Source: Octopus bimaculoides
Lineage: Eukaryota
Direction: 5' to 3'
Length of the DNA stretch: 41,426 nt
Assembly: GCF_001194135.2 (NCBI RefSeq)
Contig: NC_068983.1
Location: forward strand, 111,494,882-111,536,307
Shown here in pieces: positions 1 through 10,129 of the stretch. Every line of letters begins with the position of its first letter. The stretch's first letter is position 1. Made by a program: the position numbers and the translations under genes. The notes below the pieces were generated by a model. That model ran no database searches. It had not been told where the DNA came from and worked only from the letters and a program-made list of their open reading frames with translations.

Positions 1-256
1 GTACATTTGATATTTTTTATTGTTATATATTTATATATTTTGAATAGATTTTGTTGCTTCCCTGGCATTTCTTTTCTGTGGAGTATTGAGAAAATTTCTG
101 CTACTTCTACTGTTGCAATTATTTTTGTTTCCATTTTATTCTTAATGTTCTCATTGCTATTCTTAATATTACCATCATTATCATCTGAGCGAAGAAATAA
201 GTAACATACTATGTAGTTTTTCATTCCATTTAAAATAGCTGACAAATCTCCCTTCA
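1..256 (+). repeat. Direct repeat copy 1 (partner 716-972); may extend left of the window
   Basis: GTACATTTGATATTTTTTATTG...GACAAATCTCCCTTCA occurs at 1-256 and again at 716-972 with only a few substitutions or small indels. Confidence 0.95.
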
Positions 257-322
257 CCCGTCCTCAGTCAAATCGTCCAACCCATGCTAGCATGGAAAGC
301 GGACGTTAAACGATGATGATGA
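257..322 (+). mobile_element. Severely 5'-truncated 3' tail of retroposon family E ((GAT)n-tailed)
   Basis: GTCCTCAGTCAAATCGTCCAACCCATGCTAGCATGGAAAGCGGACGTTAAACGATGATGATGA matches the tails at 23573-23797 (-) and 36540-36910 (+). Confidence 0.85.
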
Positions 323-715
323 TATATATATGCATTTGTGGATGTATAAATATTCCAGCTTATAATACTGTATTTTTCTCTATTTAGTCATTTTATTGTA
401 TTTACAAGTTTACTTTTTATCAATTATTGCTAATATATCACTAGTTTCTCTATATTCACACGTCTCTTCTCATAGTTTGAGAAAATTTTCTTTTTTTGTT
501 CTATTTTTATTTGTCTTTACCGATTTTGTTGCTGCTGCTGCTGCTGCTGCTGCTGGAACTGATGGTGAGCTTTTGTGTAATGTTAATGATGTTATACTCT
601 GTATTACCACTGTGTTTCGTTTTTTTTTTTTCTTAGTTTGAAGTTTAAGTATTTTAGTGTTTTAATTTTTTTATATATTTTACATAGAAGTCATTTTTTC
701 TTGTATCTGTTGCTA

Positions 716-972
716 GTACATTTGATATTTTTTATTGTTATATATTTATATATTTTGAGTAGATTTTGTTGCTTCCCTGGCATTTCTTTTCTGTGGAGTA
801 TTGAGAAAATTTCTGCTACTTCTACTGTTGCAATCATTTTTATTTTCCATTTTATTCTTAATGTTCTCATTGCTATTCTTAATATTACCATCATTATCAT
901 CTGAGCGAAGAAATAAATAACATACTATGTAGTTTTTCATTCCATTTAAAATAGCTGACAAATCTCCCTTCA
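716..972 (+). repeat. Direct repeat copy 2 (partner 1-256)
   Basis: Near-identical to 1-256. Confidence 0.95.
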
Positions 973-1106
973 ATCAAACCCTAATATCTTCAAAATATTT
1001 GGTGGACACATTGGCTAATGCAGTCACCTTACTGGTGGTGAACAAAAAAGATAAGCTGATCATGATTAGAACATCTTTCATAATAAGTCTTTATCTTGAA
1101 GTGACG

Positions 1107-1730
1107 GTATAGAGTGGCCAAGTGGTTATGGTGTTGCACTTACAGTTGCAAGATCATGATTTCAATTACTTGTCCAGGTGGTGTATTGTGTTCTTGAGCA
1201 AAATACTTCATTTCATGTTGCCCTCTGATCACTTCGACATCTGACATGTGGCACATTATGCACCTGCCAGCGGCGAGCTGGCAGAAACGTTAGCACGCCG
1301 GGCGAAATGCTTAGCGGTATTTCGTCTGCCACTACGTTCTGAGTTCAAATTCCACCGAGGTCGACTTTGCCTTTCATCCTTTTGGGGTCGATTAAATAAG
1401 TACCAGTTATGCACTGGGGTCGATGTAATCGACTTAATCCCTTTATCTGTCCTAGTTTGTCCCCTCTGTGTGTAGCCCCTTGAGGTTAGTAAAGAAATAA
1501 CATTACGCACCTGTATAGGCAATGCTGATTGGATGGAGAAAGGGAGCTCATACACAGCGCAAGCATTTGATCCTTGTAAACAAGTCATCTGTGCAGATTG
1601 TTCAGTATGAAATTGTGGAATTGTCTTTCTTGAACTCAAATGGTGACCGACAACAATCTCAAAGTGGATACTGCTTAAAATAATACCTGATAATGCATTG
1701 GACTAAAAACCCTTTGAGACTGGAAAAGAA
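1107..1730 (+). mobile_element. Old tRNA-headed SINE (family D-like), interrupted by a family A SINE at 1267-1500
   Basis: A-box-like TGGCCAAGTGG and a decayed B box, then TGTGTTCTTGAGCAAAATACTTCATTTCA, shared with 22786-23132 and 29590-29870. The body resumes after the insert. The right boundary is approximate. Confidence 0.6.
1267..1500 (+). mobile_element. tRNA-derived SINE family A (octopus OK/OR-class; named family not verified)
   Basis: GGCGAGCTGGCAGAAACGTTAGCACGCCGGGCG...GTTCAAATTCC...AAGAAATAA, highly similar to 6518-6745. Flanked by 13-bp TSD CATTATGCACCTG (1254-1266) / CATTACGCACCTG (1501-1513). Confidence 0.9.
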
Positions 1731-2224
1731 AAACAACTAGTTCCCTGTAGAACTTCAAGTACATATCTTTTGTAACCTTCATAGATGTGTGGTTAGATGA
1801 AAGACAGGATATGCCAGTATTTAGAACAAAGACATGCTGTGTCTATGGTTAGAACATTGATCAAATGATATTGTTTGGCAGGAAACAACAAAGAACAAAC
1901 TAAATGTATTTAATAGGGAAGAAACTTTATTTTTTTCTTCCTTTCTTTTCTTTATTTTTACAATTTTTTTCTGATTTAACATCATCTCATTGTCCTTGAA
2001 TACTTTTAGCAGACTTCACTTCATTGTAAGTATATGAACCAAAGCTCAAGTTGATCCTTTATTCAAATGTTGTTTTGTGTGTGTACTTTTAACACATAGA
2101 TATTCGCCTTTAGATATAAGCTGATTACTAGCTGCAGCATGAATATCACCAGTCTGAGAGGGAAACCTGCAAAGATCATGACTACTGGTCCTTCTCATTC
2201 TTTGTCATCATTGTTGTCCTTTCA

Positions 2225-2397
2225 TTGTCATTGACATTATTAACACCATTGTCACTGTCATCATCCTCATCATCATCGTCGTCGTTGTCGTCATCATTAT
2301 CATCATCATCCTCATCATTGTCATCCTGCGCATGTGTGTATGGTGTGTGTGTGTGTGTATGTGTGTGTGTGTGTGTGTGTGCGTGTGTGTGTGTGTG
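2225..2397. repeat. Degenerate (CAT)n followed by (GT)n microsatellite
   Basis: Read directly from the sequence. Confidence 0.95.
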
Positions 2398-3145
2398 TCC
2401 AACTGGGTAAGCGGTTCCTATATATTCTGCCTTGTATTTGCACTTGCGTCGTGATTAAAATATTCTGATGCTGATATCGCAGTCTATCTTGATGAGAATG
2501 TTCTGTAAGAATAAAATAGCCTTACATGCAACTGTAATTAGTGGCAGCACATTGACACTGATGAGTGTGTTTCATTTCTTCCTGTATTTTGTTTCAGTTA
2601 ACTTGATTATCATTAGTCATAATAACAGCACCAGTTATGCATCTCCTATTTTTAATATGACCACCACCACAATTACCATAGAGAGAATGCAGTCAGTAAA
2701 TCATTTTTCATATAATTGCAGCCTATTTTGTAGTGGAAGAAAAAATATCAAAGTATGTCAAGTAATTAATTTTATGACTTTTCTTTTTCGAAGTCAGTTC
2801 TCTTTACATATCTTGCTAATGCTACTTAGATGGACATAACCACATTACAATCTTATTTAACCTCTTATTTCAATTGTATCCTTGCTTCTGTAATAATTAG
2901 CAATTAATTAATAAGATAATTTTAGTCATTATTTTTGGTTATTATTCAAGTTAACTATCAGTTATTACCGAGATGAGTTTGAGAAAGGTTTTAACAAATC
3001 AAAAGATCAAGGTTAAGATTCCTTATTGGTGTGTGTTGTTGTTTATCCTAAATGAATCCTGAGTGACCAGACCAATGATCAAAAGCATTCCAGCTGTGAC
3101 CATCTCACCTTTTTTTTTTTTTTTTTTTTTTATCCAAGCAAAGTA

Positions 3146-4444
3146 CAAGGTGTCCCAGAAAGATTTTCCAATTGATATTTCTTAATTATTCAAAATAAGC
3201 TTAAGGAAGGATAATGACATTTTGCACACATGTTCTAATGTAAATTGTCAATCTATTGGAGTAATTACATTTCAAAATGACTACTTTCACCTTGATCATA
3301 GCCTGCAGGTGATTGGTCATTGAGTTGCATGAGTACTGTACCACCTCTTCATCCAACTTTGCCTATGAAGGCAGAAGGGCTTTCTTCACATCTGACACAT
3401 TTGAATAGGAGTGGGTAGAAACATTACTCTCTAAGATGGACCAGATAGCAAAGTCCATGAGATTGATGTCTGAACTTGACGGAGACCATATTGTCTTGTC
3501 CCAAAAACCACACCACTGAAACACTATTTGCACCACCTCTGGGTTAAATTGGATGTGTGGGCCAGAGCTCCATCTTGAGTGATGATGTAATGGTCACCAA
3601 AGGTTTCTGTTACCCAGGGTGACACTTTCTCATCCAGTATTTTCGTATAAATTTCCCTATTGACTTTGACACCAGCATTGACGAAGACCAAAGGAGAATT
3701 GGACGCTTCAGATGCAACTGCAGCCCACACCATGTGTGAAACAGGCTTCTGATGACATAAATGATTCCTACTACTTTCAAGCAAGTCTCCTGCCTTATGT
3801 GCATAGAGACTGTCATATTGCCTGTTGGTTGCTTCCACAGTGAAGATCTTCTCACCAGACATGATCAACACTTTGTTAGCAGTGCACTTCATAACATCAA
3901 ACATGGTTTTACCCCTGTTGAGCTGTTTCTTCTTGGAAGCTGCAGAAATTAACAGCCATAATTGTTTCTTGTAAGCAGTTAGCTTTAAATCCTCTTTAAA
4001 AATCTTGTGTACTGACGATTTCGAAATATCAAGAGCTTTTCTAGATTTTCTTGTACACCTGCAGGGCTTTCGGTTCATTTGCTTCTTCACAGCTTCAACA
4101 GGTTGTTTGGTACAAATTGATCATTTCCTACCAGGAATTGACTTGCAAGAGGTAGTAGTGGACTTCATATATCATTCCCAGGAATTGAACACTGTTTTAC
4201 AACACACATTCAACTGATTTGTTATGTCCTTGTTGCTCACTCCATCTGTTTTTGAAGTGTTGAAGTGACAATCTGGTCACATTTTGCTGTTGATGCCATG
4301 TTTGTTTAGAAACCTGTTACAGAGTAAGGTTTGTTTGAAGAAAAGACATATGCAAATCTTTATGTAAAATTTAAATAATATTACCTGAACCAGTATTCTT
4401 TAGGAAGAGTTCTAAACATGGGCAAATCTTTCTGGGACACCCTG
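3146..4444 (-). mobile_element. Full-length (1299 bp) Tc1/mariner DNA transposon, DD37D (maT) type
   Basis: TIRs CAAGGTGTCCCAGAAAGATTTTCCA / TGGGCAAATCTTTCTGGGACACCCTG, TA at both ends (3144-3145, 4445-4446), and internal transposase homology. Confidence 0.95.
3265..4299 (-). pseudogene. Disrupted DD37D transposase
   Basis: Motifs SGEKIFTV, MVWAAV, TQDGALAH, WSPSSSDINLMDFAIW. There are 37 residues between D2 and D3 once a 5-bp GTGGT duplication is removed. Several in-frame stops and frameshifts. Confidence 0.9.
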
Positions 4445-4879
4445 TATATCTACTATTGCATTATTCTAATTGACCTTTGTTTTAAAGATGTTAGGATGTG
4501 ATTGGAGAGAGATAGGGTTGCTATTTCTATGTCTGAGTGAAAAACAAAATTAGCCTCCATAGATCTGCTTGATCGCTGCTGACCTGGTGCTAAGCAGTAA
4601 CAATAGCAACAACATCGATAAACAATGTTATCGTCACAAATGATTCAGTGAAACAGTCTCTATACAAAGGCTTGATTTGTTAGAAATTGCAGCCTAATAT
4701 TCCACAAATTATACTCTTTCTATCATCTAAAAAAAAAAATGTAAATGTAGGAAGAACACAGTAGTTAATGTAATCTTAGATACACTATACCTGAAGCATA
4801 AAATATAAAAAGACGAGATTGTCTTAACTGTTACTCTTTTGATCATAAATCTTCTTGAAAGAAATGACCAAGGAGTTAA

Positions 4880-4940
4880 ACACTAACAAGAACAACAACA
4901 AGAATGCAATCAAGAATAATAGCAGCAACAACAGCAGAAA

Positions 4941-4989
<49 letters not shown>

Positions 4990-5934
4990 GGTAGTGGTGA
5001 TGGTGAGATNNNNNNNNNNNNNNNNNNNNNNNNNNNNNNNNNNNNNNNNNNNNNNNNNNNNNNNNNNNNNNNNNNNNNNNNNNNNNNNNNNNNNNNNNNN
5101 NNNNNNNNNNNNNNNNNNNNNNNNNNNNNNNNNNNNNNNNNNNNNNNNNNNNNNNNNNNNNNNNNNNNNNNNNNNNNNNNNNNNNNNNNNNNNNNNNNNN
5201 NNNNNNNNNNNNNNNNNNNNNNNNNNNNNNNNNNNNNNNNNNNNNNNNNNNNNNNNNNNNNNNNNNNNNNNNNNNNNNNNNNNNNNNNNNNNNNNNNNNN
5301 NNNNNNNNNNNNNNNNNNNNNNNNNNNNNNNNNNNNNNNNNNNNNNNNNNNNNNNNNNNNNNNNNNNNNNNNNNNNNNNNNNNNNNNNNNNNNNNNNNNN
5401 NNNNNNNNNNNNNNNNNNNNNNNNNNNNNNNNNNNNNNNNNNNNNNNNNNNNNNNNNNNNNNNNNNNNNNNNNNNNNNNNNNNNNNNNNNNNNNNNNNNN
5501 NNNNNNNNNNNNNNNNNNNNNNNNNNNNNNNNNNNNNNNNNNNNNNNNNNNNNNNNNNNNNNNNNNNNNNNNNNNNNNNNNNNNNNNNNNNNNNNNNNNN
5601 NNNNNNNNNNNNNNNNNNNNNNNNNNNNNNNNNNNNNNNNNNNNNNNNNNNNNNNNNNNNNNNNNNNNNNNNNNNNNNNNNNNNNNNNNNNNNNNNNNNN
5701 NNNNNNNNNNNNNNNNNNNNNNNNNNNNNNNNNNNNNNNNNNNNNNNNNNNNNNNNNNNNNNNNNNNNNNNNNNNNNNNNNNNNNNNNNNNNNNNNNNNN
5801 NNNNNNNNNNNNNNNNNNNNNNNNNNNNNNNNNNNNNNNNNNNNNNNNNNNNNGTGGTGGTGGTGGAGGTGGTGGCAGTGATGGTGGTTGTGGTGGTGGT
5901 CGTGGCGGTGACTGCAGTAGCAGTGGAGGTGGTG

Positions 5935-5980
<46 letters not shown>

Positions 5981-6000
5981 CAGCAGCAGCCGCAGCAGCA
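4880..6000. repeat. (AAC)/(AGC)/(TAG)/(TGG)n trinucleotide array spanning an assembly gap (N 5010-5853)
   Basis: Read directly from the sequence. Confidence 0.9.
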
Positions 6001-6482
6001 TGTATTTCAATATTTCCTTTGGTATTAAACAGGTTTGCACCAAATGTTACCAGGGTTGTTTAAACGCTTTCATCTCAGAGAGTTTTCAAATTTTCTTTTA
6101 CGACCCAAAGTTCTTATACTTGTTTAATTTCCTAAATTCCTCATAGATAACATTATTCTCTGAAGTGATTGTGATATCTATGACAAAAGCATGACTAACT
6201 TTCATCATTATGGTTATCTTATAGAGAAACAAAAATAGTACAAAGCCATCCTTAATGCCTTGTCATGTTTAGTTGCATATAAAAGTTAAGAACTTCACAG
6301 TAAAATGTTTACCAATGCAGACCTTCTCTGTCTTGCTAAGATTTTCTTTTCAATGTTATTAGAAAATTCTGTGAATCAATGCTTCTACAATACCTAATCT
6401 AAAATAACTTGGTTGAAAGATTTATTTTGTCTCAGATAAGGAGATAGTTTAGAAACCTTAGATTCTTTTTCTCACAAAGCAC

Positions 6483-7052
6483 AGGAGCAGTTGTGTAGTA
6501 AGAAGCTGTGTAGTAAGGTAGCGAGCTGGTAGAAACGTTAGCACGTCGGGCGAAATGCTTAGCGGTATTTCATCTGCTGTTACGTTCTGAGTTCAAATAC
6601 CGCCGAGGTCGACTTTGCCTTTCATCCTTCCAGGGTCGATAAATTAAGTACCAGTTACGCACTGGGGTCAATGTAATCGACTTGATCCCTTTGTCTGTCC
6701 TTGTTTGTCCCCTCTATGTTTAGCCCCTTGTGGGCAAAAAAGAAATAAGAAGCTTGCTTCCCAACCACATGGTTCTGGGTTCAGTCCCACTGCATGGCAC
6801 CTTGGGCAAGTGTTATCTGCTGCAGCTTCTGGTGGACCAAAGCTTTGTGAGTGGATTAAGTAGATGGAAACTGAAAGAAGCCCATTGTATATATGTATTT
6901 GTGCATCTGTGTTTGTAGCCCCACCATCACTTGACAACTGATGTTGTTGTGTTTATGTCCCTGTAACTTAGCAGTTCAGCAAAAGAGTCCAACAAGATAA
7001 GTCCTGGGGTCAATTTGTTCAACTACAGGTGGTGCTCTAGCATCGCCACAGT
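6483..7052 (+). mobile_element. tRNA-derived SINE family B, interrupted in its head by a family A copy
   Basis: TGTGTAGTAAGAAGC...[insert]...TTGCTTCCCAACCACATGGTTCTGGGTTCAGTCCCACTGC..., matching 24035-24497 and 18955-19388. Confidence 0.85.
6518..6745 (+). mobile_element. SINE family A copy nested in family B
   Basis: Close match to 1267-1500. TAAGAAGC is duplicated at 6499-6506 and 6746-6753. Confidence 0.9.
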
Positions 7053-7150
7053 AGACGCCAAAATATCATTCACTTGATAACAATGGCACTCTTCTTTTTT
7101 TTTTTGCTTCTGTATACCTTCAGGAGGAGTTACTTCAATCCTATAAAAAT

Positions 7151-7592
7151 ATTATTATTATTATCATTATTATTATTATTATTATTATTCAGGTCACTGC
7201 CTGGAGTCAAACTCGGAATCTTGGGGTTAGTAGCCCGCGCTCTTAACCACTAGGCCACTATGGGCATATGGCATAGTGGTTCAGAGCATGGGCTACTAAC
7301 CCCAAGATTCCGAGTTCAATTCCAGGCAGTGACCTGAATAATGATAATAATAATAATACTAATAATAATAATGTTGATGATGATGATGATGATGATAAGG
7401 AGTACGAGGAGGAGGAGGAGGAGGAGGAGGAGAAGAAGAAGAAGAAGAAGAAGAAGATTGAAAAATACCTTGGAGTGAGAACCCAGCTTCGAAATTTCCC
7501 TAAGACACCTGATGAAGGCTGGAGGGTATATCAGCTAAAACATTGTTTTAACAACAAACAAGACGAGGACAAATATCTGTCAAATGTAGATA
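7151..7592 (+). mobile_element. Non-autonomous PLE-related element: inverted pair of tRNA-like heads + microsatellite + hammerhead-like tail
   Basis: Arms such as 7210-7236 and 7290-7316 are exact reverse complements. The tail GAAAAATACCTT...ATGAAGGCTGGAGGGTATATCAGC...GAGGACAAA...GTCAAATGTA matches the 3' region of the PLE at 27292-27580. Confidence 0.8.
7505..7548 (+). ncRNA. Degenerate minimal hammerhead ribozyme motif (PLE type)
   Basis: ACAC-CTGATGA-A-GGCTG-loop-CAGCT-AAAAC. The GAAA and the cleavage strand are mutated relative to the 27.3-kb copy (CAGCCGAAA). Confidence 0.55.
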
Positions 7593-7841
7593 ACTTTGGG
7601 TTATCCTTCAAGTAAACAACGCACAGAGTAAACTATATACGAAATGATATATATCCACCAATGTAACTATAATTATCACTGGAAAATACCCACACGGATT
7701 CTATACATGGATATTTACTGTTGGAATGGAACTATACTCCAAGTACTTTTTCTTCTTTGTTTTTTCTTTTCCACATCGCTCTCGTTTCTTACTGAAAATC
7801 TCCTCATACAGATGTAATAATCCTTATCTTCTACTATTACC

Positions 7842-7890
7842 GTCTCCGATGAAGGGATACATTGAATTTTCCCTGAAACAGCTATAAGAC
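7842..7890 (+). ncRNA. Degenerate minimal type I hammerhead ribozyme motif
   Basis: Stem I GTCT/AGAC; core CCGATGA (U4->C); stem II AGGGA/TCCCT; GAAAC-AGCT-ATA, where the expected GUA triplet is altered to AUA. Confidence 0.55.
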
Positions 7891-8285
7891 ACTCTACATA
7901 AAATATATATTTACTTATGCCATTGGTCTCTTTATCTCATTCTTTTCTTATATATACACACGCTAATACACGACCCATGTTATATTCCCCATTCATGTTG
8001 CAACCACATCTGGGGCAAAACTAGTCGGTATACAGCACTTACTCGGTATTACTTGTATTATTAGGGTCTGGTTGACTCCGTTACCCTTCATAACTTTTAT
8101 TATACATACATATATATATAAGAAGCAGTAAATATTTTCAGCGGATATATTCCTGGAATTAGCGCGCCAAAACAAAGACTTTTGAATTTTACCATTAAGC
8201 TGTAATTAGCAGAACCATATGCACGCACACCCATGGCGGTGGGCAACTCTGTATACGATTCTGATGATTGCGGTACATTACAAAT

Positions 8286-8343
8286 CAGGCTGATGAGGAA
8301 TAGACAAATGGTAAGAATTTGTTAAATCCGAAACTAGTTCCTG
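8286..8343 (+). ncRNA. Minimal type I hammerhead ribozyme with intact core
   Basis: Stem I CAGG/CCTG; CTGATGA; stem II GGA..ACAAAT/ATTTGT..TCC; GAAA; palindromic stem III ACTAGT; GUU triplet with predicted cleavage after T8339. Confidence 0.75.
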
Positions 8344-8645
8344 TTTAATAATGCTTTTTTAGGTGATTTTAAATGTCTTGCCCGCTCACATTTTTGGTAT
8401 GCTGCTATATTTCATGTTGAGAACAATTTAGGTCTTAATAGACACAAGATGTGATCTATTTCTAGCGCATTAACTGTCCACGTTAGTGGTCGACGTTATT
8501 TTTTAAAATGTACCTTAATCCCCTGAGATTGCAGATAATATTTCTGAATCTCTTTGATTCTTTAGATGCGCTGGCCTCCTGATAATTATTCGATATTAAT
8601 TAATATATGACTAATTACCAGATTTTATAATAATATTTTACCCAT

Positions 8646-8647
<2 letters not shown>

Positions 8648-8682
<35 letters not shown>
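8648..8682. repeat. (TA)n microsatellite
   Basis: Read directly from the sequence. Confidence 0.95.
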
Positions 8683-8685
<3 letters not shown>

Positions 8686-9490
8686 AAAAATAGAAGTTAG
8701 AAATACATTGAGAATAGTTAAAATACTTTGCTATTATTATATTTAAAGATTTAACTGGTTTCACAGTTTACACTGATTATCAAAAGTTGAAATAGATAGA
8801 TGTGGCTTATGTCACCACTGTCTTGCTTCTGACTAGTGTTTGAAGCTTGCCTTATATTTATAGGCAGTTCATGGCTCAAATTAGCATATGTTTTGAATAG
8901 GACTTTGTTGGGAGAGGATAGTCACATGACTGGGCTTATAAATCTTTTATGGGTTCCCTGTTATATCCATATGTTAGTAACAAGTGACAATGTTTGGCGT
9001 TGTAAGTTAAGGTTGACATAGTTGACTGAACATATCTAATGGCAGTACCAAACAATCAATGCTCTGAATGTTTTCTGTCAAGCGTTTGTAGAGACTGAAC
9101 ATGTGATTAAGTTTAGAACTTTTTGTACATTTCCTGCTACGTCTGGCTGTTAGTGTCACATAACAGTATATTTTGTGCCTAAAATGAAGGCCAAAACAGT
9201 TGAGTGAACATGTTTAGTTACAATAGAAGCACTCTAAATTTAATCTATCTGGTGAAAGAGTGGACAGGAGTCGTTTGTATGTAGTCCAGTGGCTAAAGAT
9301 TAGGCTGTTAGTTGTGTTGGTTCCTCATGTTAAGTGGCAGAATGAGTTTTGTGTGTGAATAATTATTTGTGTATGTACACTGTTAAAGTTTAAAACCTAG
9401 ATTGTACTTTTGTATGAAAGTATTTTCTTTGTTTATCCATGCTTTTATCTATGGTATTCACTGAACATAGGTAGAGTGGGAAGACCTGGA

Positions 9491-9700
9491 ATTTGGGCGA
9501 CTTACTTTTTGCACATACTTCTATGTATTCACTCAGTGGAATCTGTCTAGTACTGGGTTCTCATAATTGTTGTCCATGAACGGTCAGTCTGTTTCTTAGA
9601 GTAAGTTTGTTTGACCTATGTAATCATCATTACATCCTTGACATTTGAGAGCATATAGTAAATTCCTTGAAGAACATGTAAAATGATTTTTAAGGTAAAA
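9491..9700 (+). repeat. Inverted repeat arm 1 (partner 10737-10946)
   Basis: 210 bp, with 6 mismatches to the reverse complement of 10737-10946. Confidence 0.95.
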
Positions 9701-10129
9701 ATCTGTCCCAATATGAATTTGTATGTTGTGCCTTCAGCATACAAGTCGTTAGTACCTATAACTATGTTATGAAACTGAAGACGTAAATAATATTATGAAG
9801 ATTTATAAATTCATGCAACAAAATGAAGAAATTTATGAAATGTGATGTTTTAATGAGTCTTGTTTTTATTTTACCATGAGTCTACATTTGTTGGTATAGT
9901 CTTTCACCCCTAAATAAGAGTGGTTCAGCTAATTTCATTGCCTCATGAAGAGACCATTGAAGCTCAAAAGGGGCCTATTTTTCTGACATCGCTTCCCATC
10001 TTTTTGTTTGTACTTTCTATTTTGTTGTTGTTGTGGTAATTGATTTTCATATTGTTGTTGTCACTGTTTTTACTCTTCTGGTAGTTGATGTTATTGCTGC
10101 TGTTGTTGTTGCTCTGAGATGATTGGAGA

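Noticed and set aside
1514-1670. Apparent minus-strand exon (AG...IHFEIVVGHH...ALPIQ|GTGCGT; part of ORF 1256-1639)
   Set aside because: The 'donor' coincides with the TSD of the nested SINE, and the sequence appears to be the continuation of the interrupted older SINE. No recognisable protein family.
4855-6063. Long ORFs of 190-400 aa spanning N runs (also at 11.8-12.3, 13.3-13.9 and 28.9-29.7 kb)
   Set aside because: Artefacts of gaps plus trinucleotide repeats.
7269-7335. Possible tRNA genes (also the SINE heads)
   Set aside because: A/B boxes only, with no complete cloverleaf or acceptor stem. They are embedded in repeats.
7151-7372. CRISPR-like or prokaryotic features
   Set aside because: No regularly spaced direct repeats with unique spacers, and no operon-like gene density. 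The window is eukaryotic repeat DNA.
9933-9970. CTCATGA-AGAG...CTC-AAAA hammerhead-like trace
   Set aside because: Two core positions are altered, stem II is weak, and there is no stem I/III support.
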